A stretch of 64,000 bases of DNA from Azolla caroliniana (lineage: Eukaryota; Plantae; Polypodiophyta): positions 124,001 through 188,000 of the forward strand of contig JBHGNT010000017.1 in NCBI GenBank assembly GCA_043228905.1, given 5' to 3'. A program made the position numbers and the translations under genes. This document shows, piece by piece, positions 39,805 to 52,474 of the stretch (positions are counted from its first letter, which is position 1; each line of letters starts with the position of its first letter). The notes beneath the pieces are model-generated. The model made no database searches. It was not told the origin of the DNA and worked only from the letters and a program-made list of their open reading frames with translations.

Positions 39805-41465
39805 TTCCTATCTATCAGCTCATACAGGTCTCTAACTATTAGAAGATCCTCCATCTTGATCTTCCAGTCAGAATAGTTGTGAGAGTTTAGGAATATCATC
39901 CCTCGAAAACCACTCACACTTCCTTCCATCTAGCATCTAGGATCTAGTGCTTTGATACCAACTTCAAAAGATTTTGATCAAGGATAAAACACAGTGATTT
40001 TGATCTGAGACCCAAAGTGTAAGGCAAAGACACATGATTTATGTGGAAACCCTCAATCAGGGAAAACCACGGGGCTCTAGGCCAGCAAGAAATTCCACTA
40101 TGAATCAAGAGTATACATATAGGATTACAAGATTCCTTAGCTTGCTAAGCAAAGATCCAAACCTGTAAAGGTGTAATTGTACTCCCAAGTTGTCATCTAA
40201 AACCTTGGTTAAGGTTTCAGCCAAGTCCACAAGAACCTTACTTTTCTATGTCTGTCTCTTCCACCACAAACTATTTCCTTCTCGTTCTCTCTTTTCTTCT
40301 CGTTCACTATAGAAATCAGCTAAGAATGTCAACAACCCCTCGCACTCTCAATTTGTATAGAGCCTTGAGCTCTCTGTCACTCGCGCGTTCTCACCCGCAA
40401 CTCTCCCTGTCTTGCTCGTGCTCTCCCTCGCACCTCTCTCTATCTCACTCGTGCTCTCACTCGCACCTGTCTCTATCTCACTCACACTCTCACTCGCACT
40501 CGCACAGAGGTAAAATCATACGTTGTCACGGAAATCCGAGGCTACGTGTCGGATGGAGGCAAGACCATTGGGGTCTTGGACCGGAGAGAGACAGATCTGG
40601 AAGAACCGAGCTTTGAAGGTGCCGGTTACACCGAACCGGCTGTGGCACCGACTGGGGCGTTTCCTGATACATACCGGAGGCAATCAAATGTGGAAGAGAG
40701 AGACGCATGCACGCACACACACACATTGTATACAGAAACTTGAAATGAAAGGAACGCACCCGACACCGAGAGAGACACATCTATGCACAATTAAGATATA
40801 TATACATGATTAGCTTATTAGATTACATCTTCGGCTTCGATCCGGACCAACAAACTAGATACAACAAATGTCTATAGGCAAGCCTCCAGTTAGAGAGCAT
40901 TTGGGCTCGTTGTCACGAGTGGAGGCCTTGTGCAGAAGACACGGTAGAAACCAGAAACTCCATAGAGCATACGAGCTCGAACGGAACTAACCTAAACCAG
41001 AAATGGAACCCCCAACCCTAACAGACAAAAGGCAAGCTAAAACAAATCGAGACAAAACAAAAATGGGGAACCCCTAAACAAGAGACTCTCCCCTCCTTTT
41101 TTAACCCGAGGAGGGAGATACGTTACAAAGTCGGTCAAATATTCCTCATTTTCAGAGGAGATATTTGACTTGATTTCCAAAGTGATTGAAGAAGTACATT
41201 TAAACCCCCTTTTCTCTCGCACTGGCCCACTACCCTCTCGTGTACATATGTGCGAATGTACACATCACACTTATTCCTCACTAACTCCCGTGTACTTTAG
41301 CACCTTTACAATTTCATTTTTATTCCTATTTACATTTTCCTCAATGTACATGGGCAATGTTGCACATCGTCATCCATGCTCACTCCACCCGGTTTTCTCA
41401 CCATGGCCAGAAATCCTCACGACAACGTAACCCTAACTTATACACCTATATATATACATATGCAT

Positions 41466-41504
<39 letters not shown>

Positions 41505-41762
41505 CTCTCAACTGAATCTGACCAACCGATTCTCATTCGGCCTCTTGGCCGATTTCGGCTCTTAAGTCGTCTATATTTGACCTCTCAGCCGAATCCGACC
41601 AACCGATTCTCATTTGGCCTCTCCGCTGATTTCGGCTCTTCAACTGCCTCCCCCCATCAAGAGGGACACAGTTACATAACATATAGATAGATACATCATT
41701 GATAGATATATAGATAGATAGTTAGATCAATAAATAATCAATAGATACATAGATAGATAGAT
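41505..41762. repeat. ~77-bp tandem duplication followed by degenerate (GATA)n
   Basis: gaatc(t/c)gaccaaccgattctcatt(c/t)ggcctct..gatttcggctctt occurs twice; GATA units at 41686-41762. Confidence 0.75.
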
Positions 41763-42527
41763 AATCAAGATATATGCAAACACATCCCTACCTCTGAATT
41801 GAAGCTGAAGGTGAATCAGACGTAGAAGCTGAAGCAAAAGCAAAAGCACCCATCAAAGTGCCCACATATGCTCTATCTTCAAATGAGAGAGGAAGTTGAA
41901 ACACGACAAGAAGGGAGAAGCAGGAAGCACTATGCAGAACAAAAATAAAGAAGGAGAATTTTCACCTTTTTTTAAATTTTGCACCATAAAAAGTATATTT
42001 TTTAACCTTTTCTTTCTTGTAACCAATTAAACTAGTTGACAAGAATGTTTCATCGAACCACAATTTCCTTCGACTAGGATTCCTTGAACCAAGGTTTTGT
42101 CAAACCAAGGGTTCCTTGAACTAGGTTTCCTCACATAGAGATGATAGTAAAGGCATCCCCTCAATTCAATGGGAAGTACTTCTCACACTATTTAGAGGCA
42201 TTCAAAGCTAAAAGGCTTATGACAAACATACTAGAGGTAAGGTGACTAAGTAGCTTTGTGATGATCGTAACATTGATTGAGGCTGCATGTAGAGGTACTC
42301 GAGTTACAAGCGAAAAGACACAACTTCAATGACTCCTTGAATATGACAATTTGGGCCCGACCAAAGCGAGGAATATGGTGGAAGGATCAACTAGAGGTGA
42401 CAAAGATGGTGTGAGACCTCAAAATAGCCCAAAAGATGAGGGATGTCAGGTGTGATCCTCAAGATTGGGCGCATTCGTGAAAATGTGTATTTCATGTGAT
42501 GACGTAGACCACCAAAGGAGGCATCAT

Positions 42528-42980
42528 TAACAATCGGCAACAGTTTGCCTCAATTTGAGGGTGTCACACTCAAACAATTTAAAATTAGATTGTTTAAAAA
42601 AATTGAAACCTAAACTCAACCCGAACCACGAAACCATTTAAATCGAAACTGTTCCAACCGAAAATTCAAACTCAAACCAAACAGTTTTAGAGATTTTCAA
42701 ACCATTAAACTAATAAATCCATGGTTTCGCGGTTTGGTTTTAGTTTTCAGGTTAGGTTGAAACTCAAATTTCAATTTTAAAATTTTAAATCTTTAAATAT
42801 TTCAAATTTTAAATTTTTTTTCTAAAATGTCAGAATTAGGCTCAAAAATGAAAATGTTGTTCAGAAAAATATTAAAATAATATTTAAGTGGCAAACATCT
42901 GAACCACTTGAATTGTTTGAACCGTTTAAACCACAATTTCAAACCATTTGAACCAAACCAAACCAAAACATTGACCCCCC
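42528..42980 (+). mobile_element. Second, truncated copy of the AAACC-rich hAT-like MITE
   Basis: Begins taacaatcggcaaca, the reverse complement of the 7593 end; shares internal blocks such as aaatgt(c/g)agaattaggct. Confidence 0.7.
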
Positions 42981-43063
42981 AATCACTTCTCCCGCGGGCT
43001 CGAGCAAGGCGCCTGACAAGAGGCGCAGCGAGTCTTTCTCCGACCATTCCAAAAAGATCCCCT

Positions 43064-43375
43064 ATTGTTCTTCCCCTTTTGTGCTCGGAAGCTCGTAAGG
43101 GTTAAGCTCCCATTCCCCATTTTACTCCCAAGTCCAAGACCCTCGTGGTCCCACCTAAGCCGACACGTACACGCAGATTTCTGCAATAACGGTTTAGGCT
43201 TGAGTTGAGCCGAATTGGATCGGCAACGGCTCAACTCAAGCCTAAACCGTTATTGCGGAAATCTGCGTGTACGTGTCGGCTTAGGTGGGACCACGAGGGT
43301 CTTGGACTTGGGAGTAAAATGGGGAATGGGAGCTTAACCGTTACGAGCTTCCGAGCACAAAAGGGGAAGAACAAT
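43064..43375. repeat. Near-perfect inverted repeat, 149-bp arms and 14-nt loop
   Basis: Arms 43064-43212 and 43227-43375 are reverse complements with 2 mismatches. Confidence 0.97.
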
Positions 43376-43919
43376 GTGTGAAGATTAACAAGATAAAGAG
43401 CTAGACTGAGACAAGATTCATCATGCTAATTCCATTATAGGGCACGAAAGCCACAAAATGATTACAACCGCAGCCACTTAGGTTGGACAAATAAGAAAAC
43501 CTAACCTGATAGGAAGACAAATAAGAAGAACTAAACCCTAATCAAGAGAAAGGAAAATGGTAGAAAGGGGAACCTAGAATCGAAACCCTAAAACGGAATA
43601 GGGATAAGAATAACTAAAACCCTAATAGTCTACCTCAAAACAACAAAATTGCACCCCCTCAATGGTGCCCCCTCACCCCCTTTATAGTAGAAAAAGGTGA
43701 GGCTTATTACAAAAGGAGAGGCCAAATATTCCTCTCTTTACGAAGAAGAATATCTGCCTTGATTTTAGGGAGAGGAAGCCTGCATAGTGGATACAGAGGG
43801 AGAGGGAGCCTCCATAATGGACCTCCTTCTTGCTATTATATACTTTCTTTTTATACAACAGGTGAAATTTTAGCTCCAAATTCTCTCTTCAATTTGACCT
43901 AGGACCTAGGATGCGACGA

Positions 43920-45391
43920 GCTCAACCTGAGGTGGTCAAGGGTTGTGGCGGTGATTCCTTCGTTAGCTGCTCCGCCGGATTTGACTCCGGTTGACTCATC
44001 CCGGCCTTGTCTCCGTCCGATCCTTGCTCCGGTGATGGCTCCTCATCGCTGAGGTTGACGGTCGCCGCCTGCTTTGCTTCTTCTCTCCGTAGCTTGGTCT
44101 GCTCATAGCTCTCAAACTGGATTTGAGCATCCAGTCAATCATCATCTAGTTGGGCTACAAGTTGCCGAACCATTGCTGTCTACTCCTCTGCCAGAGTTAT
44201 AAAATCTTCGGCTAACTCCTCTCTGACGGCGGTGAAGTCCTCCTTCGTTAGCATGTAGCAGTCGTCGCCATCCTTCTACCGGTTTTCTGCGTCTGCCCGT
44301 AGCAACTGGACCTCAGTTGTGTGCTTTGCCCATTTGTCCCACCATTGCGCGGAGCTTTCGTCAATCAAGCATTTGGTCTTGTTTCTCCATGCCTGGACAA
44401 TGAACTGGATCCGCTCCAATCCCATCTTTGATTTGTCCTCCGCGGCTTGTCGTTCGTCCTTCAACTGCTTGATGATTGCCACCGTATCCACCTCCTGCTC
44501 CCAGTAATGTGACAGTTGGGTTTGATAAGTGTTCTGCAGCCTTTGCAAGATCATCGTCACCCTTTCCTTCCGTTCTTGCGCGGCTTCCTCCAGCAGCGTG
44601 GTTCTTTCAGCCCGTTCCTCCTCTGGTGGTGTCGGAGGTTTTCCCCAGTCTTCTGTCGCCGTCGAAGGTCTTTCCCGCTCCTCTCATGGTGTCGGAGGCT
44701 TCTCCTCCTCGACTTCCGGTACTGAAGGTCTCTCGTCGTCGACTTCTGGTTCCAGAGTGTGGTCGACTTCTAGTACCAGAGTTTCCAGCCTTGTCGATTC
44801 GGGTTCTAGTGTCGGTAAAGTATCCGACTCCTCGCCCTCTGGTCCGCCTGGGGTGTCGTTACTGTTGCGGTAATTCGTATGCGCGCTGTATTCCCTGTAC
44901 AAACTTGATTAAAATACCGAAAATGCTTCGGATTCGCCTTCCCCCGCTGCCAATGCCTGGAGAAGGGATTCTGCTTCCCGGAGGCTGCTTAGGTTGCTTC
45001 CTTCATCCGGGTAGGCATTTTGTGGTAGCCGAAGTGATTCCTTGGCCACTCTCCGCTCCACTTTCAAAAATGAGCGATCCGCTCTGATTTCTTCAGCCGC
45101 TTGCTGGAAAGCCTCTCGCTTCCTCAGCGGTTCAGCTGGTCGCCTTGCTCGCTCCGTAACCGGGTCATTCGTTGGTCACGTCATCCATTCCCGCCATTGT
45201 TCGCTGCGATTGTGCAGGAATCGTGGTCGCCAAAAACTGTGGTACTCCTGAGGGCCGGACAATGGCGTAACACAAGGTGTCTCCGGAAGACACTTCACCA
45301 AAGGGGTGTTACGGCGAGATAACTTAAGACACAACGATTACTTCAACTTAATTAGCTACTTAGCAATAAGGCATACACTTAATACACGCGT
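43920..45391 (-). mobile_element. LTR element C (probably gypsy): inner part of 5' LTR (45391-45238), PBS and truncated gag-like coiled-coil region
   Basis: LTR end ..CCACA at 45238; PBS TGGCGACCAC (tRNA-Arg type) from 45232; acidic/coiled-coil ORF fragments 44902-44684 and 44560-44276. Confidence 0.7.
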
Positions 45392-46032
45392 TGTCGTGTT
45401 ACTACGCGCGTGCGTGGAGAAACGAGGCGGGACCACCGGGGTCTTGAACCGAAGAGCAGGTGATAGGAGGGGAAAGAGAAAGAGAGAGACGACCGGTTAC
45501 GTATGAGCAAAGAAACACAGGGACACGGCCCGTCAACGCCGAAAACACGAATGGACACAGAGACAGAGAGACACGAATGTTTGTATATTAACAAATGACA
45601 CAAAACAACAGAGCACGTGAGCGGTTACAACCGAACAAGCCGGCGAACAGATGCCGATGCCTGCTCGTCTGCGCACGAAAGGGGATAGGATGGAGGTGCT
45701 GCCGGAAGCACACGGGCGTTCCTCGAAGCAGCGTGAGCCTCCTGAAATCCTGCAGAGAAGAGCGATGGAGAATGAACAGAGGGGAAGCATTCGGTTACGG
45801 TCCGATAGCACTTCGTCCTCCTCAATGCGCGATCCCCTTCTCCCCGTGTCTCCCTCTCTTTTATAGCTTCAAGAAAGGAGCCGTCTCCCTCATTTACTTC
45901 CCACCTACCGAATCTGACTACCCCGGATATACCTATGTACCTAATTCTCTATTATATTCATTAAGGGGCGCGCACGCGTGAAGAGCCGGTTCACGCGCGA
46001 TATGCACCGATTGCTCTAAGGGACGGTTTTCT

Positions 46033-49000
46033 TCACGACATCCGCCCCCACCTAACCACGCATCCACCGGTATGCGCCAAATTTGTGTTCTGGTTGGAGA
46101 AAACTGGTCCGGGTTCCGGTTCCTCGTCCATCGGTTCGTCCTCCGTCTCGGACTGTTCGTCGTCGTTGTCCAGGCCTCTTAGATCCGGTTCGCCATCGTG
46201 GCACTTCTTGAACGCTTTGATCCGCTTCCCTGCTACCGGTATCGCCATCCTCGTACCGTCGAGTTCCGCCAGGTGATACGTCCCGTTGTCATTGGCGCTC
46301 GTTACCACGTAAGGCCCGAACCACCACTTTGCAAACTTCCGTGTTGCCCGGTGCTAGTTGTCGAGGCTGTTGTCGTAGACTAGCACCCAGTCGCCTTCCT
46401 CGATTTTCTTTGGTCGGAGCCGGTGCGTTCGGTCGAACCGGGCTTTGTTCTTCATCCTCGCCATCCGAAGTCTCTCCGCCGCTCGTTCCACATCCTCTAG
46501 CCTCCGCTCGAGCTGCCGGATACGCGCCGCTAGCAGTTCATCCCGACTCATCTCGTCTCTCCAGTCCACTGTCGCCCAAGAGGAGATCGTCCGTTCCATC
46601 GGCATGATCGGTTTCTGTCCGAACATGAGCTCTGACGGCATGAACCCGGTTACCGAACTCTGCGTTGTCCGGTCCGCCCACAAGGCATAAGGTAACAACC
46701 GTGGCCAGTTCCCGACCTGGCCTCCGCATGCCCGGACTAGCGCTTTGACGATCGGTCCGTGTCCGCGCTCCACCTTCCCGTTCACCTCCGGATTGTATGC
46801 TGTGGTGAGCGAGAGCTTGACCCCTAACCGGTCGAACAACTCCTCGGCCTCTTCGGCGTCCAACTCCCCGCTGTCAGCCACGATCTTCCCAACACACCCG
46901 TACCGGCATATCACGTCCTCGATCAGGAACCGACACACGGCCGCGTTCGTTTTGTTCTACAAGGCTCGGCCTTCCACCTGGTTCGTCAGGTCCTCCCGGG
47001 CCAGCACCAGATATCGCATCTACCCTACGCCCATCGGCATCGTCACCAAATCTACCATCCATTTGAAGTGGATGGCCGGAGGGTATGTAGGCTGAAGCTC
47101 GTCCCGATGTCGGACTATGGAGTGCATCTGACAGCTCTCACAAGTTGTCACGAACTTATGCACGTCCCGGTACAGCCCCGGCCACTAGTACTTCCCCTTT
47201 AGTTTCTCGAACGTGTCCCACGTCCCACGGTGTCCAGCCCAAGGGCTGTCGTGGTAGGCCTTCAGCAACTCCTCCTGTTCCTCCTCCATCGCCACTACTC
47301 GGAGCGGGATGTCGTTTCTCTTCTTCGGGTGCTTCCACAAGTATCCGTTCCGGAGAAAGAATCGGTACGCTTTCTTCCGGATTTGGTTGGCCTCGTCCTT
47401 TGTCCATGACACGTCCGGCGTCATCGTCCTTAAGAATTCCCCAATCTGCAGCCACTCCCCGTTGTACTTGCTCTCGTCGAAATCGTTAAGCGCCGGAGTG
47501 CTCCCTCCCTCCGTTGTTACGTAACCCGCCTCGAAGAAGTCCACGCCGACTTCCTCGTCCTCCAAAACCATGCCTCCCTCGTCGTCGAATCGCGCCCTTG
47601 AAAGCATGTCGGCCATGGCATTGTCTTTCCCGGAAATGTGTCGTATTTCCGGATCCAGGGACTTGATCTACGCTATCCACCTGAGCATTGCCAGGTCTGG
47701 GGTTGCGCATCCGGAAACAATGCCGAGAATCGGCAAGCAGTCCGTCTCGATAATCACCTCTGTCCCAATCAGATAGTCTTTATCGGACTTCACCGCCGAA
47801 ACGATACCCCAGAGTTCGCGTTTAACCTGGGCGTATCCTCGCTGTCACTCGCTGAGGACCTTCGCGCCGAACCAGATTGGGAACCGAATGCCGTCCTCAT
47901 CTTCTTGGTTGACGACCCATCCGATCCCGGTCGGACTTGTATCTACCGTTATGTAGATGGGAGTATCTTTCTCGTAGACAGCCTTCCGGAGTGCCGGAGC
48001 TGCAGCAAGAGCCTCCTTCATCTTTCGGACCGACTCCGTATGCTCGTCTCGCCACTCGAATTTTCGCCCATTTTTCAGCAACCCGTATAGCGGCTCGGCA
48101 ACGTGGGCGTAGTGCGGGATCCATATGTGGTAGAACGCACATGCTCCCAAGAACCACCGTACCTCCGTAACCGAGTTACAGTCGGGCTTCATTGCGGAGA
48201 TGGCTTCCACCTTAGCCGGAGACGGTTTCCGGCCATACGGTCCACATAGATGTCTGACGACCATGATCTCTGATTGCCCAAAGGCCGATTTCTCCCCGGA
48301 GAAGGTGAGCCTTGCGTCCTCTAGCCTCTGCAGCACCCTCTCGCAGTCGTCAATGTGTGTTGCCACGAATCTCCGGCATCCGTCCGGTCTGATCGTTTCG
48401 TCCTTTTCCTCCACCGGACATCCCTTGATCGGGATGTAGTCCAAGAATGGCATGGTGATGTCCGGGATACAATCCCTCAGCACGTTGTTCATCGCATTCA
48501 CCATGTGGGCCACCGAGTTCGTCCCTCCTTGTGGCAGGGTACACATCCGCACTAGGCCGAGAGGAGTCAACATCGTCGTAATGTCTCTGCTCTCTACGGC
48601 TAGTTGGAACTGATCGTACCCCGAGTACAGATCACCGACCGAGTAGATCGACCTTCCAGCGAAGGCCTCCGCGAACTCGTCTATCGTTGGTCCGATTCCT
48701 GCGTTCCGAATGGTCACTCTGTTGACCGGTTGTAGGTCTTGAATGAAGCGCAACGTCCCGTTCTTCTTTGGTACGGTAAACCACCGGTTCGAGTACGGAG
48801 CACTTTCGAGGATGCCCATATCGACTTTCTGCCTCAACAGCTCCATCAGCTCCGGGATGTGAGCTCTTGGTACCGGAATTGGTTTGAGATTCCACGGTAC
48901 ATGCGGTACCGTGAATATCACCATCAGCTTCACGACTGTCGGGTCTATGCACCCGATCTCTTCCGGTGAGAATGCGAAGGCTTTCCCGTGCCTTCCGAGC

Positions 49001-51772
49001 ATTCTCCGAAACCGGTCTTCTTCCGCCGGCAGTAGGAACCCGCCCCCACCGATTTTGAGCTCACGTAGCGTTCTATCGGTGAAGGTGTGTCCTATGCAGG
49101 CCGGATTTCGTAAACTAGGGTCCGACGCAACCCCCTTGATTCGCAACTCGCTGCCCTCCGGTAAGGGTGCCGCGACTGGCCTTACCTTCCGGTCCACAGT
49201 CTTGTACTTCGTGTTAACTCGGGCCGTCCGATCCGACTCGAGCCCTCGACTGAAGTCCGCGATGACTTCGTACATCTCTTCTGAACAAACCGGTATCGTC
49301 CGGTCCTCTTTAAGGCCCTCTCCGACCACCTCTCACAGTATTCCCAAGGTGTCGTCGAAGGAGACCGCCTCCACGGCACCGTTGATTTCCTCGCTGGGCC
49401 CGAGAACTCCGCACGCCCGAAGTCGCTCTTCCGCCCTTGTCTTTTCTCGGCCAACGATGCCGACTATCGTACACCCTCCGTTGTCGAAGAAACAAAGCTT
49501 CCTACTTATGGTACAAGGTTTCTTCCGTTTCACCTCTATCGTACATTTGTGGGGTTTTCCCGGAGTGTCCAGACTGTCGCAGCCCCACGCCTTGGCAGCC
49601 CTCTCTAAAAATCCTCTCGGTTCTCGCCACCGAGGGACTCACGGTTTCGCTCGTGGTTCGGTCGCACCATCAAGAACTGGACCGAATGACGCCGTCCTGA
49701 CTCTTGACCCTCGCGTAAGCCGACCCATTGTCCAACACCTTGGTCTCCATTCGCGCTGCCGTAATGTACGGTTCTCCCAGTATGACCGGGTGCGAGGACG
49801 TCTCCTGCACAAAGAAGTGTTGGTCTATCTCGACGTCGCCGATCTTGACTCGCACGTTTGGGCAGGCCCCGTGTAGTTCCTCGGTGGCGCGTGTCGCTGC
49901 CCGTATCTTCCACCCGTGCTTAGTGTTGACCGGCCATTTCCCCTTCTTGTAGAAGTCCATGGACATCAGGTTTATTTCCGAACCGTGGTCCACCAACGCC
50001 ACCACCGGTTCCTGAACATCTCCGATCTTCACCGGGGTTTCCGTGGTCGCTCGGGCCCAGTGTGGCCTCGAATAGTGGCTCTCCGCCCACTCGTCTTCCA
50101 GTGCCATGTCCTCTATGTGCGCCGTCCGCACCTCCACCGGCCTTTCCGGTTTTGTCTCCGTCGACAGCCTCTTCCTCTTCACCAAGTCCACGATGGAGTC
50201 GTGGAACTCCTTCTTGGCGATTCCGAGCACCTCCCGCAACGACAGTTCCACTTTGCTATCGAGGATTCGTTCTTCCAGGACCTTTCATAGGTCCGTGGTC
50301 CTTTCGATCTCCGTGCCCAAACGGTATCCGCGCTTCTTGTGGTTATCCCGGGTACTGGACTCACCGGCCTCGTTCCGTGTCGACCCGAATCGGGTTTCGT
50401 ATCTCTGTGAGGGTCCGGCCCCTCCGGTTTTACCTACTCGTTTGTCTTCAACCAGAGTCTCGTAGTTCTGGCAAGCTGCTTCGACGAAACCCGTCTTTTC
50501 TTCGACCGGGTCACTCCACCCGGTTACCTCCTTGACCCACTTTTCCGCGCAGTCCGCCTCATCTCTCTTTAGTCGGGCACCGGCGAGGCCTTCCAGCACC
50601 GTCGGCCAGAACCCGGCTTTGCTCTCCTTCCGGGCCTCGCTGCCCCCGACCCGAATACCGGCTGACACTGAGTAGTGGACGGTCTCCGCGTGCCGGGCTG
50701 CCGCGTGCCGGGCCGCCACCTCTTCCATCAGCCTTTTCATTCCTCCTCGCCCGTCGTTTCAGTTCAAGGCCCTCTAGGTATCGCTAGCGTGCACCCAACC
50801 TTCCCACAGGTACACTACCCGGCTTCTCAAAGCCTCCGCAAAGTCCCCGCAGTCTTTCCGGATGTGGCCGACCTCATCGCACGACATGCACCTATTTCCC
50901 GCCGGAGGCCGTCGGTCATGAGCCTGATCGCCGCCTTCCCTCCAAGCCTAGGCGATCTGGAGATCCTTTACCGCTCGTGTCAACTCCTCCAAAGCTGTTC
51001 CCCCGGACAAGCCTCTGACCACGCCGGTCGAAGCCGAACCGGTTTCGAGCCACTCCCGGGTCTCTTCCCTTCGCACCTACGGTATCGGTTCGAGCTTCCT
51101 TGCTGCGACAAGTCCCGCCCCGGTCGCCTCTGTATCAGCCCACTCCCACCATTTGTCGAAACGGCCGCAGACTCTTTTTACCACGGCCCAGCCGGCCGTC
51201 AGCCCGTCTTCGGTTTCCAGTAAAGAGCCCACTTGCTCCCGATCCTGTGCGTCAACCGATTTGACAAACAATAGGACACAACTTGTGTCCAGAACGGTCC
51301 GGTCGAGCGCCGAAAGGCGCGCAAAGCGTTCCTCAAACTCCCGGAGGAGTATCGACGCATTTCTTCCTTTGTTGGGGGACTCCACCCACTCCATGAAGCC
51401 CCGCTTCGAAAGTCGAAGCACGTCATCCAGCCCGTATTTCTCCAGGAGCCGTCCTTCGAACTCCTCCCAGGTCCGGCTCTCCGCTCGGACCTCGAGCACC
51501 TCCGCATGGATGCCCGGCATCGCCACTCGAGGGAATCCGGCAAGATGCCTCTCTTCCGGAATATCCCTCATCAACATCTCTGCCCGGTAGGACGCCAAAT
51601 AACTCGTGGCATCCTTTCCACTGAATCGGCCGATCATACCGACGATCGCCTCAATAGCCCTGTCAAGGGCGCCGGTGCCCTCGCGCGCGCTCACTATCCA
51701 GTCCACAGCCGAAGCCATGGCCTCTGCAAGATCCGACCCCCTCATCTTCTGCTCCTCTGCTGCCTTGTTCAC
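46033..51772 (-). pseudogene. Element A gag-PR / RT-RH-IN, disrupted
   Basis: LVDHGSEIN protease, DLYSGYDQ and FLDY RT, DTSPTGIG RNase H, DSGE/NGKVER integrase; multiple stops and frameshifts. Confidence 0.92.
49550..49614 (-). promoter_or_regulatory. Putative -1 ribosomal frameshift signal of element A
   Basis: G GAT TTT TAG at 49614-49605 followed by GGGCTG..GTGGGG..CAGTCT..CCCCAC; the -1 frame is open downstream. Confidence 0.7.
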
Positions 51773-52474
51773 GTCGGGTTCACCAAATATATCGCGTTAC
51801 TACGCAAGTTGTCGTGAAGAAAACCGTCCACGAGCAGAATCGGTGCGCCAGAGCATAGGAACCGGCTCTTCATGCACGTACGCCTTGTGTTGTACATAAG
51901 AGAGAATTAGGGTCATGCACGATCCTAGGTAGGTAGAGTCGGTAGGTAGGAAGTTAATAGGAAACGGCTCCTTCCTTGCCTATAAAAGGAGGGAGACGAG
52001 GAGGGGAAAGGGATCGCAGAGAGTCGAGGATGAAGTGTTGTCGGTTCGAGGGCGAAGGCTTCTCTCTCTCTCTGGTTCGCAAACGCCATAGCTTCCTTCT
52101 ATGCAGGTTTCGGGAGGCTCGCGCTGCTCTGAGGAATGCCCGAGTGCTTCCGGCAGCACCTCCATCCTACTCCTTCCTTTCTGTGCGTCTACGGACGGGT
52201 ATCGGCATCTGTTCGCCGGCCTGTTCGGTTGTAACCGACTCTGTGTTAATACATACATACGTTCGTGTCTCTCTGTGTCGCTGTCCCACTCGCGTCTTTG
52301 TGTCGAAGGGCCGTGTCCCTGTGAATCTACTCTCGCACATAGTGGGTCTCTTCTCCTTTCTCTCTTGCTCCTCGGTACAGGACCCCCGAGGTCCCGGCTC
52401 ATTCCACGCATCCGCGAGGAATACCTCGACATCTTGGTGAACCCGACGTGAAAGAGGCGGCAGAAGAGCAGAAG

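Larger units (their letters stand above)
32770..40852 (-). mobile_element. Old Tnt1-like copia, 3'-truncated (LTR ~40852-39964, gag-PR-partial IN), split by the young copia at 34471-39804
   Basis: PBS TGGTATCAAAGC 39960-39949; ATG 39929 MEGSVSG..NYSDWKIKMEDLLIVRDLY; continues left of 34470 with CFYYGKPGHF, LWHKRL and LVHTDVC; ends in integrase at ~32770. Confidence 0.85.

Noticed and set aside
40853-41220. Minus-strand PPT-like tract plus TG at ~41198, suggesting another LTR
   Set aside because: No second LTR, TSD or coding sequence to confirm it
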